From positions 157,599 to 221,598 of the forward strand of contig AP018172.1 of assembly GCA_002368175.1 (NCBI GenBank): 64,000 nucleotides of DNA. The letters run 5' to 3'. The stretch is from Calothrix sp. NIES-2098. GTDB taxonomy: Bacteria; Cyanobacteriota; Cyanobacteriia; Cyanobacteriales; Nostocaceae. The notes under the pieces were generated by a model. It was not told where the DNA came from. It saw only the letters and a program-made list of their open reading frames with translations, and made no database searches. Made by a program: the position numbers and the translations under genes. Positions within the stretch are counted from its first letter, which is position 1. The number at the start of each line of letters is the position of its first letter. Below are positions 28,954 to 38,988 of the stretch, piece after piece.

Positions 28954-31239
28954 TTACGAAAGAACTTCATGCAAGGTATTAAGTAACATATGGGCTGTAA
29001 AGGGCTTGGCTAGGAATTCTCGGATACCAAGGCTCTTTTTTTGAGCAGCAGCTTCATAGGCCATAATTCCACTCATGGCTATAATTTGTGCCTTTGGATT
29101 CATGCGTTGCAACATGAGTATTGTGCTATTGCCATCCATGACCGGCATCATGATGTCTATTAACACTACGCTGATATCATCTATGTGCTGGGCGTAAAGT
29201 GCTAAAGCTCCAATGCCATCATTAGCAGTTAAAATTCTATAATTATGACTTTCTAAAGTAGTTTTCGCGATTTGGCAAATTGAGACTTCATCATCTACTA
29301 CTAAAATCAATTCGCCATGACCGCTTGCTAATTCTGTGTTGGTAATTGCTTGAGTCTCTGTAGCTTCTCTACTCGGTAAGTAAACCTTAAAACAGCTTCC
29401 CTGGTCTACTTCGCTATGCACGGTCACAAATCCGTTGTGGTTTTTGATAATACCCATGACAGTAGAAAGCCCTAGACCCGTTCCTTTACCAATTTCTTTG
29501 GTGGTAAAAAATGGGTCAAAAATGCGATCCATTATTTCTGGTGAAATGCCTGTGCCAGTATCAGCGATAGTGATGACAACATAAAAACCTTCTTGAGCAT
29601 CGACGTGCATACTGGCGTAGTTTTGATCTATCCAGAGGTTTTCTGCACTAATCCTCAAAGTACCGCCATCGGGCATCGCATCACGCGCATTTACGCAGAG
29701 GTTCATTAGTACTTGATGCAGTTGAGTTGCATCTGCAAAAACTGTCCACAGATCTGGGGCGATGTCAGTTTTTGTTTCAATAAATTTGGGGAAAGTACGT
29801 TGAGCAACCTGTGCGACATCTGAAAGTAAGTGCCGTACTTGGACGATGGAGCGACTACCTTCAACACCGCGTGTAAAAGATAGAATTTGCTGGACTAAAT
29901 CAGCACCTCGCTTGGCACTCCCTTCTAGTATGCGCAGTAGTTGTTGTGTATTTTCATCGAGTTCGGGGATTTTAAGCGGTAGCAGTTGTGCAGTTGCCAA
30001 AATTGGCGTCAGGATATTGTTAAAGTCGTGGGCAATACCACTGGCAAGACTACCCAAGCTTTCCAGCCTTTGAGCGCGGAGAAATTGTGCTTCTAGTTGC
30101 TTTTTTTGAGTAATATCTGTACTGAGGGTCAAAATTGATTTCGGATTCCCAACTTCATCGCGCATTAGTGTCCAGCGACTTTCGACAATCAGATCTTGAC
30201 CATCTTTTGTAACTTGCTGCAACTCACCTTGCCATTGATCTTCCTGAGCTAATACTTTTTTTATTTCTAAAAACGGTGGGGAAGTTTCTCCAGATTTGCA
30301 CAAAAGTTGAGCAGCATTTCTCCCTAGAACTTCTGCTGTTGTCCATCCGTAAAGGCGCTCTGCACCTTTATTCCAAAATAAGATATGATTTTCTAGGTTA
30401 CAAACTGCGATCGCATCTGTGGAAATATCTAATAACGCAGCTTGTTCGTAGATTTTCTGTGCTGCTTGTTTGCGATCGCTAATGTCTTCAACAGTTCCTA
30501 CATGACCCAAAAATCTGTCTTCTGCGGAATACATTGGGCTAGCAAGGGCACGCACCCATCGTACTTCACCTTGGGGAGTTAAGAGCCTGTACTCGTTAAC
30601 CCAGGTGCTTTGTTCTGATAATGTCCGCTGCCAATCTTGAACAACCGCATCTCTATCTTCTGGGTGAATCGCTTGCAGCCAATCGTAGCCTAAACTATCC
30701 TCAGCGCTGAAGCCGGAAATCTCATACCATAAAGGATTGTTGTAAGTAAGCTTTCCTTTAGCATCAGTCTGGAAGATAGCCAAAGGAGCCGAAGAGCAGA
30801 GCGTGCGAAAGCGGTCTTCGCTTTCTCGAAAAGCCTGTTCTGCACTATGCCGTTTGTACCGTTCCTCAGCTTCCCGCAACTCTCGCTCAACAGCAGGCAC
30901 AAGGCGGGCGAGATTACCTTTAATGAGATAGTCGTGAGCGCCAGCCTTCATGGCGGCGACAGCAATATCCTCACCAATTGTACCGGAGACAATAATAAAT
31001 GGTAAATCCAGCTTTTGCTTTTGCACGATCTTCAAAGCGTCTAAACCGCTGAAGGCAGGTAGACTGTAATCGGCAATCACAACATCCCACGATCGCTGAT
31101 TTAACGCTGCTTCCATGCCATCGGCGGTATCGACTCTCACATAGTTGAGCGTATATCCACTGCGACGCAACTCTCTTACAAGTAGGAGAGTATCATCTTC
31201 CGAATCCTCAACAATCAGAACATTCAGGTAAGGGAGCAT
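28954..31239 (-). CDS. Hybrid sensor histidine kinase/response regulator (REC-PAS-PAS-HisKA-HATPase-REC)
   Basis: N-terminal REC (…LIVEDSEDD…VVIADYSLP…), PAS regions, H-box …GIAHDFNNILTPI…, and the G1/G2 ATPase motifs. C-terminal REC (…ILVVDDEVS…LIDIMMPVMDG…). Confidence 0.85.
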   Translation of the reverse strand: MLPYLNVLIVEDSEDDTLLLVRELRRSGYTLNYVRVDTADGMEAALNQRSWDVVIADYSLPAFSGLDALKIVQKQKLDLPFIIVSGTIGEDIAVAAMKAGAHDYLIKGNLARLVPAVERELREAEERYKRHSAEQAFRESEDRFRTLCSSAPLAIFQTDAKGKLTYNNPLWYEISGFSAEDSLGYDWLQAIHPEDRDAVVQDWQRTLSEQSTWVNEYRLLTPQGEVRWVRALASPMYSAEDRFLGHVGTVEDISDRKQAAQKIYEQAALLDISTDAIAVCNLENHILFWNKGAERLYGWTTAEVLGRNAAQLLCKSGETSPPFLEIKKVLAQEDQWQGELQQVTKDGQDLIVESRWTLMRDEVGNPKSILTLSTDITQKKQLEAQFLRAQRLESLGSLASGIAHDFNNILTPILATAQLLPLKIPELDENTQQLLRILEGSAKRGADLVQQILSFTRGVEGSRSIVQVRHLLSDVAQVAQRTFPKFIETKTDIAPDLWTVFADATQLHQVLMNLCVNARDAMPDGGTLRISAENLWIDQNYASMHVDAQEGFYVVITIADTGTGISPEIMDRIFDPFFTTKEIGKGTGLGLSTVMGIIKNHNGFVTVHSEVDQGSCFKVYLPSREATETQAITNTELASGHGELILVVDDEVSICQIAKTTLESHNYRILTANDGIGALALYAQHIDDISVVLIDIMMPVMDGNSTILMLQRMNPKAQIIAMSGIMAYEAAAQKKSLGIREFLAKPFTAHMLLNTLHEVLS

Positions 31240-31252
31240 CTTGACTAACTCT

Positions 31253-31696
31253 CTAAAGGGATGGCACCTCGTTCATTAGTAACCAGTACATTCCTAGTTG
31301 TCGAACTGCTTCGGTAAACTGTATAAAATCTACAGGTTTGCGGATATAACTGTTGCACCCCAAACTGTAACTCTTGAGTAAATCTTGTTCTTCACTGGAA
31401 GTAGTCAAAATTACAACAGGTAGCAGGCTAGTACGTTTGTCTGCTCGCAAGCGACGCAATACTTCCAGACCATCGATACGGGGTAACTTAAGATCCAACA
31501 AAACCACAGTGGGTTTAATGCTGATATCCCGCCCAGTGTGAACTCCAGTGCCAAAGAGGTAATCTAGAGCTTCGACACCATCGCGAGCTACTACTATCTC
31601 ATTACTGATATGATTGCGCCTGAGTGCGCGAATAGCTAAGGCTTCGTCATCAGGATTATCTTCTACCAGTAAAATCGTTTTATTGCTCACACTCAT
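31253..31696 (-). CDS. Single-domain response regulator (REC only)
   Basis: …ILLVEDNPDDEALAIRAL…VLLDLKLPRIDGLEVL…. Its start overlaps the stop of the upstream kinase by 4 nt (ATGA), suggesting translational coupling. Confidence 0.85.
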   Translation of the reverse strand: MSVSNKTILLVEDNPDDEALAIRALRRNHISNEIVVARDGVEALDYLFGTGVHTGRDISIKPTVVLLDLKLPRIDGLEVLRRLRADKRTSLLPVVILTTSSEEQDLLKSYSLGCNSYIRKPVDFIQFTEAVRQLGMYWLLMNEVPSL

Positions 31697-33117
31697 GCTC
31701 CAGCCTCATCTGCTACTAATGTAAAGTAAAAAGTAGCTCCTTGTTCGACAAATCCTTCTGCCCACACCCGGCCGCCATGCCGATGCACAATTCGTTGCAC
31801 TATGGCTAACCCGATTCCAGTTCCGGGAAATTCATCGATTCTATGTAGCCGTTGGAAGGGGCCAAATAACTTGTTGGCGTAGGCCATATCAAAGCCTGCA
31901 CCATCATCGCGAATAAAGTAGACTGGAATGTCACTGTCTTGTGACATTGCACCAAACTCAATTTTGGCTTGAGCATGCTTAGAGGTAAATTTCCAAGCAT
32001 TATCGAGTAAGTTTGTCAACATCATTTGCAACAAGCGACTATCTCCTTGAGCTATAAGTCCCGGTTGAATCACAAACTCGACTTGTCGCCCTGGCTGTCT
32101 TTCTTGAGCTTCTCTGGCAATTTCCCTTGCTAATACACTTAAATCTACAGTTTCCAAGTGCATTTCGCTACGCATCAACCGCGATAAGTTGAGCAGGTCA
32201 TCGATCAATTGACCCATTCGCTGCGTAGCTAACCGAATTCGCTGGAGATAATTCTTTCCTGTTTCGTCTAGCTGGTCTTCGTAGTCTTCTAGTAGAGCCT
32301 GACTAAAGCCATCAATACTGCGTAGGGGGGCACGTAGATCGTGAGAGACAGAGTAGCTAAAAGCTTCTAGTTCTTTATTTACTGCTTGTAGTTCAATAAT
32401 TGCTCGTTGTAATCCTTGATTGAGAGAAATTACTGCTTGTTCGGCTTGCTGGCGCTCTAACACTTCTGCTTGAACATCTGCAAGCAGTTCGGCGTGTTGC
32501 AGCGCTACAGCTAGATGACTAGCAATTTGGGTCGCAAACTCAATCTCTGTGGCTTGCCATTCTCGTGGCGCACTACATTGGTGAATACACAACAATCCCC
32601 AGAGTTTATCGCTCTGTAGTAGTGGTAGTACTAAGTTAGCTCTGATTTCAAATTGCGCCAGAACTTGAACGTGACAATCGCTCAAACCAGCAGTGTGAAT
32701 ATCGGCGACAGCTTGAATTCTCCCCTGCTGATAATGAACTGCAAACTGCTCGCCAAAGCAGTGGTCGTGAATTCTTTGCGCCATAGCTGATGGAAAAGCC
32801 GGATCTACATCTTCAGAAACAAATTCCCCATCATCCCAACCAGAATCTGGGTAGAAGCGAAACATCCCCACTCGGTCTGCTGCTAAAAGTTGGCGCACTT
32901 CGGTAGCTGTAGCGTGAAAAATTGTTTCTAGGTCTATTGGTTCGCGTAGGCGAGTAATTACGCGAAATAATGCTTTTTGCTGCTGTACCTGGAAATTTGC
33001 TTGATTAATTTTATGCTCTGATTGTAAAACTTCATCGCCCAGGATCTGCTTGATTTGTTCAAATGCCGCTTCATCGCGGCATAAATCCCGCAGCTTCGCC
33101 AATTTCTCTGGGTTCAT
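31693..33117 (-). CDS. Cyanobacteriochrome-type (DXCF) GAF sensor histidine kinase
   Basis: The GAF domain has a DHCF motif 29 residues upstream of the canonical bilin-binding Cys in …DIHTAGLSDCHVQVLAQFEIRANLVLPLL…LWGLLCIHQCSAPREWQATEIEF…. This mirrors the TePixJ-type CBCR GAF consensus. HisKA (…SHDLRAPLRSI…) and HATPase_c follow. Confidence 0.65.
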   Translation of the reverse strand: MNPEKLAKLRDLCRDEAAFEQIKQILGDEVLQSEHKINQANFQVQQQKALFRVITRLREPIDLETIFHATATEVRQLLAADRVGMFRFYPDSGWDDGEFVSEDVDPAFPSAMAQRIHDHCFGEQFAVHYQQGRIQAVADIHTAGLSDCHVQVLAQFEIRANLVLPLLQSDKLWGLLCIHQCSAPREWQATEIEFATQIASHLAVALQHAELLADVQAEVLERQQAEQAVISLNQGLQRAIIELQAVNKELEAFSYSVSHDLRAPLRSIDGFSQALLEDYEDQLDETGKNYLQRIRLATQRMGQLIDDLLNLSRLMRSEMHLETVDLSVLAREIAREAQERQPGRQVEFVIQPGLIAQGDSRLLQMMLTNLLDNAWKFTSKHAQAKIEFGAMSQDSDIPVYFIRDDGAGFDMAYANKLFGPFQRLHRIDEFPGTGIGLAIVQRIVHRHGGRVWAEGFVEQGATFYFTLVADEAGA

Positions 33118-33329
33118 TCTTTGTTATATGGTAGGGGCTGGTAATAATGTCAGAAAGTCAAAAATCAAAAGAATTATATTTTTGAGTTTTTAGCTGTTTT
33201 TAATATAGATATAGATATTGTAGGCGATCGCTTCACGAGCAAAAATCCAGTACACAAATGTATAAGGCACAACAATATATTGTGCCCCTACCATTTGCAT
33301 ATTATTTAATTGCCAATCCCCTAAAACAA

Positions 33330-33896
33330 CTAACTTGATGCTGTATTAGCGGCTGGTGATGCTTTGGCGTTGGCTGGAGCGCCACCCATGCGAATCTCAG
33401 ATATGAAGGAAGCCATGCTAAAGCCATCGTTGTGCTTCATCACGCTGGCTCGCATCCGCAAGTTGGGGCTAGCAAACCAGATGCGCTCCTCAGACCATAT
33501 AGTTTCAGACTCTATAGTTAGCGTCACAGCGTCATCACTGCCAATTTTGTACCGTCCGGCAATATCAACTGTTGCAGCATTATTCGTTTCTTGTAGCAGC
33601 TTGCCTTCATTGGGGTTATCTGCATCTGGTACTGCAACTAATACAGTAGAGCCACTATGTTTTTCTTTATCCCCTGCTATAGCTCCGTTGCCAGTAACTC
33701 TGACACTACAAGCAGCACTACTGGGGTTAACTTCATATTTTTGACACAGCTTGATTACCTCTGGATCGTCTGCTGCCAGCATTTCAATGATGATATTTGA
33801 TTTACCTTCTTCGGATTGCTTCACAGCTAAAAGATGACTAGTGCGATGGGAAAACCATTTACCAGCGCTCAACTCAAAAAACTCTTCTATATTCAT
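33330..33896 (-). CDS. cpcS: Phycobilin lyase CpcS/CpcU family
   Basis: [33 protein letters not shown]…[18 protein letters not shown]…[18 protein letters not shown]…[13 protein letters not shown] is collinear with CpcS-I sequences. It carries an extra Ala/Ser-rich C-terminal tail. Confidence 0.7.
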   Translation of the reverse strand: MNIEEFFELSAGKWFSHRTSHLLAVKQSEEGKSNIIIEMLAADDPEVIKLCQKYEVNPSSAACSVRVTGNGAIAGDKEKHSGSTVLVAVPDADNPNEGKLLQETNNAATVDIAGRYKIGSDDAVTLTIESETIWSEERIWFASPNLRMRASVMKHNDGFSMASFISEIRMGGAPANAKASPAANTASS

Positions 33897-34054
33897 GATT
33901 GAAACTTACCTGCATCAAAATGCTGAAAAACCCACTTATTACAAGGTAGCAGGAGGCGTTGCCGAGGGTATACCCTGGAAGGAGATAAGAGATTGTGGGG
34001 AGACAAGGGAAGGGAGAACTAATCGGTGACTAATGACCCTTGACCCTTGACTAC

Positions 34055-34744
34055 TCAACTTTCACTATCTGTTGCTTCGAGTCGCGTCAGAGAAATTCTT
34101 GCTGCTTCTGCAACGTGGGAATGGCTATCTTTTTCTAAATATTTCAAGGCTGAGATACTCTTGGGGGTAGGAAGATTACCTAAAGCTTCTGCAAGACGCT
34201 GGCGCACTAACCAATCCTCTGCCTGGGCAAAGCGGAGAATGAGGTCTACAGACTCAATATCTTTAATTTCTCCTAATGCCGCGATCGCAGCTTGATGTAA
34301 TATGACTTCTTCACTATCCAGCGCTTGAATCAGAATCGCATGGGCACGCGGATCTTTAATATTGCCTAGAGAAACTGCCACACTAAAGCGTACTAGCCAA
34401 TCAGTATCTTCATAAAACGCCCGTGACAGCACCTCAAAGGCTCTGGCATCGCCTAGATATCCCAAGGCTCCAGCAGCATCAGCACGCATCCCATAATCTG
34501 GGTCAGTTTCGAGAATTTTTACTAAAAGTGGATAACTTTCTGGCGTCTGTTTAATTCCCAGAGCAAAAATTGCCATTGAACGCAGTTGCAGAGATTCGTC
34601 ATTTAACACCTTTTTAATTAACGGTAGGGCATCTTCAGACGGAACATCTCGCAGATTAGCCAAGGCTACCATGCGATCGCGCAAATTGGGACTTTCTAAC
34701 TGAGCCGAAATTTCTTCTAAGCTTAGAGCAGCCATGTTTCTCAC
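34055..34744 (-). CDS. HEAT-repeat protein (PBS-lyase HEAT-like; CpcE/F/NblB-related)
   Basis: Five or more HEAT-like repeats (…VRxxAAxALGxIGD…). It lies adjacent to cpcS. Confidence 0.6.
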   Translation of the reverse strand: MRNMAALSLEEISAQLESPNLRDRMVALANLRDVPSEDALPLIKKVLNDESLQLRSMAIFALGIKQTPESYPLLVKILETDPDYGMRADAAGALGYLGDARAFEVLSRAFYEDTDWLVRFSVAVSLGNIKDPRAHAILIQALDSEEVILHQAAIAALGEIKDIESVDLILRFAQAEDWLVRQRLAEALGNLPTPKSISALKYLEKDSHSHVAEAARISLTRLEATDSES

Positions 34745-34979
34745 TTTCTTTACTTATCTTTACTTTACAAAATTACTCATAATAAAGGGCACCTTCCCTT
34801 TGGGGGGTTAACCATACCTAAATTGGTAGGGAATGGGACACTGGGCACTGGGCATTGCTCATTTCTCCCCACACTCCCAGACAGACTACTACCAAATTCA
34901 TCCGCAAGTCTTACTTGTTGCCGATGACAAGCAGAACTGAAAATTGGTGCAATAAATCTAGTTTTGACCAGCAGTACTC

Positions 34980-36137
34980 ATGACAAACCGCGTTTTGATT
35001 CTTGGAGGTAGGGGAAGGATTGGTAGCAGTGTTGCTCAAGATCTAGCCATCCACACCCAAGCACAAATTACGATTACCGGACGTTCCCCAGTGCCTGAGG
35101 GAGAAGAAGATGCCAAGTGGCTCAGTAGCAAAAATAACTGGACTTTAGGAACACAGGTAGAATTTTTGGTGTTGGACTTGGCGGAAGTTGACAAACTGCG
35201 GGAGGCGATCGCCAATTCTGATTTAGTCATCCATTGTGCTGGCCCTTTTCATTACCGAGACACTAAAGTTCTAGAAATTTGTATTGAACAAGGCGTTAAC
35301 TATCTAGATGTCAGCGATCATCGTTCATATACTAGCAAGGCTTTAAAATATAACGAACAAGCTGCCGCCGCAAATGTCACCGCAATTATAAATACAGGAA
35401 TTTTTCCTGGTATTTCTAATAGTATGGTTCGGCAATGTGTCGAGCAATTCGACAAACCAGAAAAAATCCATCTCAGTTATTTAGTTTCTGGTTCCGGTGG
35501 TGCTGGTGTTACAGTCATGCGGACAACCTTTTTAGGGTTACAACATACTTTTGAAGCTTGGATAGATGGTAAATGGCAAGTAGTTAAACCCTACAGCGAA
35601 AGAGAAATTATTAGTTTTCCATCACCCTATGGGCGCAGTGGAGTTTACTGGTTTGATATGCCAGAAACTTTTACAATGCCTCATTCTTTCCCATCAGTCA
35701 AAACTGTTATTACAAAATTTGGTTCCATACCCGATTTTTATAATCATCTTACTTGGGTAGCAGCCCATATCTTTCCTAAAGCCTTAATGCAACGTCGTAG
35801 CACGATTGAATTTTTATCTCATGTTAGTCATTTTATGACCGATGTTACTAATCCTTTTACAGGGATTGGCGTAGCAGTGCGTGCAGAAGTCACAGGGCAA
35901 AAAGATGGTAAAACAGCGATTTATTGTGCTGATTTAGTCTATGCAAATACAGCATTAGCTTCTGGTTGCGGAACAGGTAGCATTGCCCAGTTATTACTAG
36001 AAGGCAAACTGAAAAAGCCCGGAGTAGCACCTGTAGAAGAAGCGTTACCAACAGATTTATTTGTGCAAACAATGGCAAGCCGAGGAATTTCAATTAATCA
36101 TAGTTGGGTGGAAAATATACCCAGTTATGCAATATAA
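34980..36137 (+). CDS. Saccharopine dehydrogenase-like NAD(P)-binding oxidoreductase
   Basis: N-terminal Rossmann motif VLILGGRGRIGSSVAQDL, and Sacchrp_dh-like length and organisation. Confidence 0.6.
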   Translation: MTNRVLILGGRGRIGSSVAQDLAIHTQAQITITGRSPVPEGEEDAKWLSSKNNWTLGTQVEFLVLDLAEVDKLREAIANSDLVIHCAGPFHYRDTKVLEICIEQGVNYLDVSDHRSYTSKALKYNEQAAAANVTAIINTGIFPGISNSMVRQCVEQFDKPEKIHLSYLVSGSGGAGVTVMRTTFLGLQHTFEAWIDGKWQVVKPYSEREIISFPSPYGRSGVYWFDMPETFTMPHSFPSVKTVITKFGSIPDFYNHLTWVAAHIFPKALMQRRSTIEFLSHVSHFMTDVTNPFTGIGVAVRAEVTGQKDGKTAIYCADLVYANTALASGCGTGSIAQLLLEGKLKKPGVAPVEEALPTDLFVQTMASRGISINHSWVENIPSYAI

Positions 36138-36285
36138 ACAGTGTTTAATTAGATGAGGCTAGACAAACTAAACCTGCTTATATAGATTTCAATGACTCTG
36201 CAAAAGCGGAATTTCATAGGGGTTTAGCAATGCTAAACCCTTACACAAATATTTGTATAATTATGAAATGAAATAGTATCACATC

Positions 36286-36717
36286 CTAATTTTTTGCCGT
36301 TGCTTCCTTGGCATTCCCGTTGCCATTTACACTATCAACAAGTGACGTTAGCTCTGAGCTAGAATTTGGTAATTCACCTCGTCGTAATGCACGGCGGCGC
36401 TGGTTTTTAGGTACTCCTCCTGCCATACCATACTCTACACTGCGTTTGCCATATAGTGTTGCAACTCCCAACAGCATAAGTTCTGTCATATCTCCCAATT
36501 CTTGCTCAGTTTCTAGCAATTCACGGTATAACTTATCCAAATTAGAAAGGGCACTGTTATAAGCATTCTCTTGAGTTTGCATTGTCTTGATAAGAGTTAA
36601 AAAGCCAGGTAAAGTCAGTCCATTACCTACATCTAAATTTGGATCGATAGAGTTCATGCTAGCTGCACGACGCACTGCTCTTTCTAATACTTTAGAGGTT
36701 CTTTTTTGACGAGACAT
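36286..36717 (-). CDS. Hypothetical protein (143 aa), basic N- and C-termini
   Basis: ORF only. No family recognised. It is transcribed away from the repeat-rich intergenic region. Confidence 0.35.
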   Translation of the reverse strand: MSRQKRTSKVLERAVRRAASMNSIDPNLDVGNGLTLPGFLTLIKTMQTQENAYNSALSNLDKLYRELLETEQELGDMTELMLLGVATLYGKRSVEYGMAGGVPKNQRRRALRRGELPNSSSELTSLVDSVNGNGNAKEATAKN

Positions 36718-36839
36718 AATCTACCCTTCTCATAGAGTACGGTTAACATTCTTTACATTAAGAAACTTCCGTATGGATCAACCTGAGAGAATTTCGGCAA
36801 ATCTGCGATGGCTTTTGCTACACAGATATTTTTCATTTG

Positions 36840-37170
36840 AGTAAGTGAATTACTGATAGGAGTTAGCAAACAAGTAAATTAACAATGTAATTTGTCGTTT
36901 GCTTGCGGAAAACACCAAAATGAGTAGATGATTTACTGTAATGAGTAAGTAATAAAAACTTTTGAGTAAGTAATATGCCATTTTACTTGCGGCAAATACT
37001 AAAAGGAGTGCGCGATTTACTCCAACGAGTAAGAAATAAGATATTTTAAGTAGGCAATATAGCTTTTTACTTGCGGAAAACACAGCAAGGAGAAGGTCAT
37101 AATGTATTTGAAGAACTCATTGAAGTATTTTGAGTAAGTAAAATGCCTTTTTGCTTACTCAAATCAACTT
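36840..37170. repeat. Degenerate tandem array (3-4 units of ~85-90 bp), each unit carrying a GAGTAAGTAA…TTACTTGCGG hairpin
   Basis: ttacttgcgg(a/c)aaa(c/t)ac recurs at ~36898, ~36986 and ~37066. gagtaagtaa-N9-ttacttgc hairpins sit at 36963-36991 and 37044-37074, with a near-perfect one at 37132-37160. Units are ~75% identical. Confidence 0.6.
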
Positions 37171-37397
37171 TATGTATTGTTTTGATGTAGTTATTAGTTA
37201 TGGCGATCGCCAAATATAAAGTTTCAACTAAGTGCGATCGCTCTCTGCCTTCAAAGTTATTGCAAGCGTCCTAAAATTAAGCTTTCAGTTCTACTCTTAA
37301 GCATTGTCACGGATATCAAATTGTTTTTTGCCTAGATATAACATTGATAGATTATTGGATTTGACAACAATCTGAATCACTATGTCTTAATAGATTA

Positions 37398-38816
37398 ATG
37401 ATTTTATTAGCTATGCCACATGAAGAGTCATTGCTGACTAACCAGGATAATTTGCCTATCAATACTATCGCGTCCTATGTTTGTCAAGCTATTATTTCTA
37501 TTCAAGAGCAGCAGCCAGAATTATTAAACGAAAAATTCAAGCATATTCAGTGGCGTAGCAATACTATTGAACCTAAATTAGCAGAAATATTGAGCCAAAC
37601 ACCAGACTATAATGCATTAATACAAAAGTTGAATATCCACCTAAAAAATTGGTTAATTCCTGAAGCTTTTAAATCCCAAATATTAATAGATTTATTACAT
37701 AAAGTTAATCAACTTAATCCTCAAAAAAATTATTTAGATAATACAGCTAATTTTAAATATGTAGAATCATCTGAAACTTTTATGTCTGCTGATAATGTTG
37801 TTGCTTTACAGCAGACAGGAATAGCCATTTTACTTTTGGATGCAGAAAACTTAATAATAAACCATGAATCTGAACAGTTTTTAACTCAAGTTTGTCACTT
37901 TCCTCTACAAGTCAAGATTGCATTTGCTAATTGGCGCAGTATAAGTAAAAAAATCGATGTTGAATTACATAATCGTGGCTACGATCTGATTCATGTTCCT
38001 GCTGGCCGAGACCATGCTGATGGTAAAATGATAGCTTTTGGCTCATCTATCCATGAACGTTACCCAAACGCCAAAGAAGTTTTCGTCTGTTCATCAGATA
38101 CGGTTATGACTAACCTATGCAATCATATTCAGCAGAATGGATTGCTCGTGTATCGGGTTAGCAAGCAGGGAGAAACTGTAACAGTATTTAATTCTTCGAC
38201 TGGAAAGACTATAATTAACATCCCTGTTTTGCCAGCCAAAATTTCATCAATTGAAAAATTTATTCTAGAATTAAAGATTTTAATAAAAAAAGAGCAAATA
38301 AATAGCCAAAATTTTTGGATTAAACTTTCTAGGCTCTCAGAAATATTTAAAAATGAATATAAAATAACTATTAGCCAAGTTGTTTCTAAATATTTGCCAG
38401 GTAAAAAGGCTAGAGATATTTTTATTAACTATCCTGCTGATTTTGTTATTCATCAAATCGATCCAACTTCTGAATTATATGTAACGCTATTGGAAGTTAA
38501 TCAATCACAACCAATAGATAACAATAATCAGGCTCACGGTAGTAGCATTCCAGAGTCTTCATTGCTAAATATTAATACAAAAGCAGATCTGGAACAAGCA
38601 CTTCAAAATCTTATCAAAAGCTTAAATCAAAAATCATCTGACAGCTATGTTAATGCTGGAATTTTAGCTAGCGAATTCAATAAAAAATATAGTAAACCAA
38701 TTACTCAACAGATGAAAAGTTTGCAAATAACTGGTACTTATATCAAATTTTTGCAGTCCAGTAGTTGTTTTACACTTAGGCAAACAGACAAAGGGTGGGA
38801 AGTAAAGAACTCTTAA
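37398..38816 (+). CDS. NYN-domain (LabA-like RNase) protein with two C-terminal OST-HTH/LOTUS-like domains
   Basis: NYN core …IAILLLDAENL…VKIAFANW…DGKMIAFGSSIHERYPNAKEVFVCSSDTVMTNL…. Two ~70-aa LOTUS-like segments follow (…FWIKLSRLSEIFKNEYKITISQ… and …NAGILASEFNKKYSKPITQQMKSLQITGTYIKFLQSS…). The gene is markedly AT-rich relative to its neighbours. Confidence 0.55.
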   Translation: MILLAMPHEESLLTNQDNLPINTIASYVCQAIISIQEQQPELLNEKFKHIQWRSNTIEPKLAEILSQTPDYNALIQKLNIHLKNWLIPEAFKSQILIDLLHKVNQLNPQKNYLDNTANFKYVESSETFMSADNVVALQQTGIAILLLDAENLIINHESEQFLTQVCHFPLQVKIAFANWRSISKKIDVELHNRGYDLIHVPAGRDHADGKMIAFGSSIHERYPNAKEVFVCSSDTVMTNLCNHIQQNGLLVYRVSKQGETVTVFNSSTGKTIINIPVLPAKISSIEKFILELKILIKKEQINSQNFWIKLSRLSEIFKNEYKITISQVVSKYLPGKKARDIFINYPADFVIHQIDPTSELYVTLLEVNQSQPIDNNNQAHGSSIPESSLLNINTKADLEQALQNLIKSLNQKSSDSYVNAGILASEFNKKYSKPITQQMKSLQITGTYIKFLQSSSCFTLRQTDKGWEVKNS

Positions 38817-38988
38817 CTTCAAATATAGTATAGATAATTTCAGTTATAACTATTGTGTAAAAATAATCTGAATTAAGCTATATTTTTTCCTTCAGATGTT
38901 CTCTGAGATAATTCGAGTAATTTATCAAAAATTGATTAATACTGCCAACATCTCCCCATGCCTGAAGTTTTGCAGATTTATAAATTGC

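Noticed and set aside
36850-37083. 77-aa ORF on the minus strand with repeated LVFSASK…YYLLK motifs
   Set aside because: It is a translation artefact of the DNA tandem repeat. Composition is extremely biased (Leu/Tyr) and there is no start context.
36840-37170. Possible CRISPR array
   Set aside because: Repeat units are only ~75% identical and ~87 bp long, with no clear unique spacers. There are no cas genes within the window. The array is better described as a degenerate hairpin tandem repeat.
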